This document shows positions 55,158 through 64,000 of a stretch of DNA of 64,000 nt, in pieces. Source of the DNA: Stylophora pistillata (lineage: Eukaryota); NCBI RefSeq assembly GCF_002571385.2, contig NW_019218030.1, positions 228,927-292,926 of the forward strand, in the 5' to 3' direction. The number at the start of each line of letters is the position of its first letter. The first letter of the stretch is position 1. The notes below the pieces were generated by a model. The model was not told the DNA's origin and made no database searches. It was given only the letters and a program-made list of their open reading frames with translations. A program made the position numbers and the translations under genes.

Positions 55158-55249
55158 TCCGCCTGTCAACGCGATGTCAGCAATTAATTAATGGTATGGT
55201 GCGTAGACTCTAATTTAGTCCAAAGAAATATCTCTCTAGGACCAATCGC
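55158..55249 (-). promoter_or_regulatory. Putative promoter of UBE2E paralog A
   Basis: On the minus strand: GATTGG (CCAAT box), TAAATTAG, ACGCA, TGACATC, TTGACAGGCGGA, in the same order and with similar spacing as 58103-58199 on the plus strand. A likely non-coding first exon ends at a GTGAGT donor near 55014, and an acceptor (TTTTATCTAG) directly precedes the ATG. Confidence 0.6.
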
Positions 55250-58102
55250 TTTAATTGAAAAAGGAGTTATCAGTCGAATGTGGGTTAATACTCGTTACTT
55301 TCAACCTATCTTCGAGGTCTTGTAAATTGATTAGCAGATAAAAGGTTCGGCACACCGCAATTGAACCTCTGCCTACATCAGGCATTTTGACATGTCACAA
55401 AGATTTAAGCTTTATAAGAGGATTTCGCATCATATTTAGAGATTTAAGCACCATTTTCCATACCTGTGTAGCGAGTAGAACGTTGGAAATCATTTTTATA
55501 TGGAAAGTGTCGTCAAGCGATCTGTTAGACAGCTTTTTGGCAGCCTGATTTTGCGAAAGTAGCGCTTACAGTGACGACCCAAACATATCATCTTTTAATT
55601 GAGCTAGAAGGTAATCTGTTTGTTGGATTTGTCTAGCCGTGCTAAGGACAAAATGAGGTTTATATCATTTGGTAAAGCTATTTGCAAGCATTTCAATATT
55701 TGATTTACGACTGGTAGCCAGTTTTTTTCATGAGTAGCACCTGTTTGGAAATCTGAATACACAAATAAGTTACATGAACGGTGAATGAAACTTTCCATTG
55801 CGGGACAATAAACCTGTGATTGCAGCGAATCATCATCACATTAGTCTTCAAAATAAAAGATTCATAGAGTGCCGTATTAAGTACAATGCTATCAATCTAA
55901 ATTTCAGACTTAAATGGTGACCTAAGAAAGCATCTGCACAAGTTTTCCATTTGCCAGAAGGAACGGTGAGCAATCCAAGAGTTTTCTCACAAGGGCAACG
56001 ACTTAGTTTTTTCTCCTGACAGATGGAAACGGCAACGAAAGGCTGTCTGAATTCAAGTTTCCGGATCGATACCGCACTCGATCAGAGTTTGTCACTTTGT
56101 CTTACCGGCCGAAAGAGCCTTTAACTACCAAAAAGTCAAATGAAAATTCATTTTAAAGTACTGTTATATTTTTGTATTTTTGAAGATCATAGAGTTGTTG
56201 TTGTTGTTGATTTTTGCTAATGTACTTGAATGAAACAAGAATTATACAATAAATCGTTAATCAGCGCCATCAGTTCAGAGAACTGTCGTATCAATACAGA
56301 AAAACAAGGTTACATTGCCAATTGACGGCTGCTTTGATATTTGCTAAATGTTCAATTTATCGCACATTAGCTCGTAGATTATTTGAATAAATTCATTTTC
56401 TAAAAGAAAATCTTTTTCAAAATAATTTTCTTCAGGATCAAAGCTTTAACCGGTTGTTCATCAAATTTAGTTGTTTTCTTTTTTTTTTTTTTTTTTTTTT
56501 TTTTGGCTCTTTACAAAATGCCTGGTTTTGTAGAATAAGATTGTATTTGGAAAACAAGACTTTCAATTTCTGCTGTAACAGGATCTTGTGTTTACCCAAT
56601 GTTTCGGTTTGTTTATTCATTCGATGGTCAGACTTTCATTACAAAGTCAGAAGCCATTTGTTTGACTTTGAAGAGCCTAATAACAACTAAAATCATTTAT
56701 GTTTTGTCTGTAATTTTAGGCAAGCATTCCTTGAAACAGATTTCGTCGAGTTGTCATTAAAGTTCTCGGTAAAAAGGACTTTTATAATAAGCGCTAAATT
56801 AAACCATTCAACTCGTTATCAAACCTTTGTTCGTCTCTCTTTCGTTCTGGTTTATCTGCGAATATGATTTAAAATCATTAATATTTTATGAGCTCTACAA
56901 CAAGAAAATTTGCATACTTACCGTCGACTGATCAGACAAAATAACTCTCCCCCAGAATATTTCCTTGGAGTAGAGTTTTAAAAACTACAAATTCTAATCT
57001 TGTAATTAACAGATCATTATCTGTGTTAATCGGGAAAATAGGTTTTTTTTTTTTTTTTTCTTCTGGTGTCCCCTTGGGAATAGTTTCTTGCGTTGTCGAG
57101 CGTGCGATTTACTGAAGCGTGAAAACTTCAATAACACTTCAAAACAATGGCAAATATTTTGTTTAAGTCCGCGCAATAGAGGCATTGTTCAAATGGTTAT
57201 TAACGAGTTTGTACAACAACAGGACTACAAAAACATTTAACATGGCCTTTTTTGTTACAACTATAGACTGCTGGTACTAATGTCAAGGAAAGGACGAACC
57301 TCAGTGTTACAGGTAATAAGCTTAGGTAAAGTGATTTCAATAACCCCTGAGAAGTCTTAAAAAGGCGTTTTACGAAGTGATTGGATAAAATTTAAATCCT
57401 TTGCCCTTCTTTATTGTACATTCCAGTACCTAAAATCTGAACATTCTGTTTGTTATTGACATATAAAAAAGGCTGATCAACTTTTATCCAAACGATTACA
57501 GAACTGAAATATATATTCAGGGCATAAAAGAAATAACTTAAATAAATGAAATATTCTTGGAGGGTTCTTCTTAAAACCGCAATTTCCGACATTTTGCCAA
57601 ACAAGGACACATGTTGTTCGATTGTTGCAAAACGCCATGTTATCCAAGTTAGGTTATAAGAAGTTGAAAGTGCATGATCAAATGAATGAACTTTACCTAT
57701 GTTCGAGAAATAATAAGGCGGAATTTAAAATTTATTCGATACGCTGTGATCTCAGTAGTGGTTTTATAGTGGTTAAAGGAAATTGTAGAATCCTGGCAAC
57801 TTTGGCAAACCGCAGTGGTTTGAATTTCACTTTAAGAAACTTGCGGGCTTCCCATTTGCAAATTTACAATTTAGTGAGTGAGACTATTCCTCTCCTTGTC
57901 TGAGGCCTTTCAATCTCCGGTTTCACAGTTGAATTTCTACAATGCTTTTCAAAGAACAAACAAAGTCCTTGGAACCATTATTTGTATTCGACTCGAAGGT
58001 GTCAATCAACAGACGACGGGCATTGTTTTATTCCGCTGGGAATCGCAGACAGCTGTTTCGTGTGATACTCGACCTCCTTCAGAAGCTCACCACACACGGC
58101 AT

Positions 58103-58275
58103 GTGATTGGCCGATCGTCTCGTCATGTTGATGGCCGATAAATTAGTATTATGACGCAGTCTATTGATAACTTAATGACGTCTTTCCTTGACAGGCGGAG
58201 ACGAATAGTAATGCCTTGCGCGCTTGATTAACGAGTCAAGAACAGGCTCGGCAGCTGGGATAAGTGCTATAAGGC
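58103..58275 (+). promoter_or_regulatory. Putative promoter of UBE2E paralog B
   Basis: GATTGG 58105, TAAATTAG 58139, CRE-like TGACGTC 58176, TTGACAGGCGGA 58188-58199 and TATA-like CTATAAGG near 58267. Collinear with the paralog A promoter. Confidence 0.6.
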
Positions 58276-59011
58276 CGAGAAGCTTGATCCATCTACGGTT
58301 TGAGTTATCTTCAAACCATTCATAATCGTCACATCAACACCGAAACAGTCCATTTTCACTGTGAAAGGTTAGGACATCATTTAGGGAGTACGTGAGTGTT
58401 GTTTATATCACTGTATCACCAATCATTTGTTCATATTCAACCGTGCCGTCTAAAGAGTTTCCTTCCGACCGCGCCAGACATGATCTATCGAGCCGGGGAA
58501 GTTTAATTTCGGGAGGCAGAAATCCCAGTAAAAACGAACGGAGATCGCATCTTTACAAGTAGAAATTATTCTTTGTCTAAAGGCCTTGTTATGAGCGATA
58601 AAATGATTGCATTACAGATCACGGCGAACTCGTAGGCAGAGTATAACGGGAAGCGTTCTGAATCTGGCTGAATAGGCCGCCATCATTTAAGTGTGTCACT
58701 GCCCTTTAATCAAATCTGTCTTAAGACTGTCACGTGGTGTGCTCATCTCCTCCAGTTTTCCGTGTGAGGCATTCTATCATCAGAGCATGTTTATTCGCCG
58801 TATTCAGACTGTGTGGGCGCATGAAATTTGTTTTGCCATCATTGGGTCTGACGAGTGTCTTTAGGTGTCAAACAGCGCGCCTATGTAAGTGAACCTCAGT
58901 GAGAAATACTCGGCTATCAAGTAATAAAGTTCATTTCCACCATCTTAGGGGTCGCGGCCAAATTCACTGATTCACTTTGTGAAATCCTACGCGTGCCTTA
59001 TCTTAATAACG

Positions 59012-64000
<4,989 letters not shown>

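Overview
AT-rich, intron-containing animal genomic DNA with three N-gaps (2098-2365, 23918-~24382, 26074-26712). The repeat repertoire and gene style suggest a cnidarian, probably a stony coral (inference only). Four spliced protein genes can be rebuilt exon by exon: (1) a DDHD1-type phospholipase A1 (+, 19211-29826), with one exon apparently lost in a gap and a GC-AG last intron; (2) a convergent, signal-peptide-bearing divergent FGF ligand (-, 31517-33774); (3, 4) a head-to-head pair of UBE2E-class ubiquitin-conjugating enzyme paralogs (-, 48300-54631, and +, 59012 to beyond 64000). The most notable signal is non-coding. The two UBE2E paralogs differ at many synonymous sites and have unalignable N-terminal extensions. 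They still share mirror-image, collinear blocks in their promoters, intron 1 and intron 2: an exact 18-mer containing a POU octamer, a POU/E-box module, TTGACAGGCGGA, and a hairpin with an apparent compensatory change. This looks like a retained cis-regulatory system. Also present are a TTAA-targeting, Kolobok-like deleted transposon nested in a tRNA-SINE that keeps a spliced AT-hook ORF, one SINE body with three different 3' tails, a Penelope-type minimal hammerhead ribozyme in a DDHD1 intron, an inverted MITE pair bracketing DDHD1 exons, and a possible divergent spliced transcript upstream of DDHD1. All calls were made by eye; no database searches were run.
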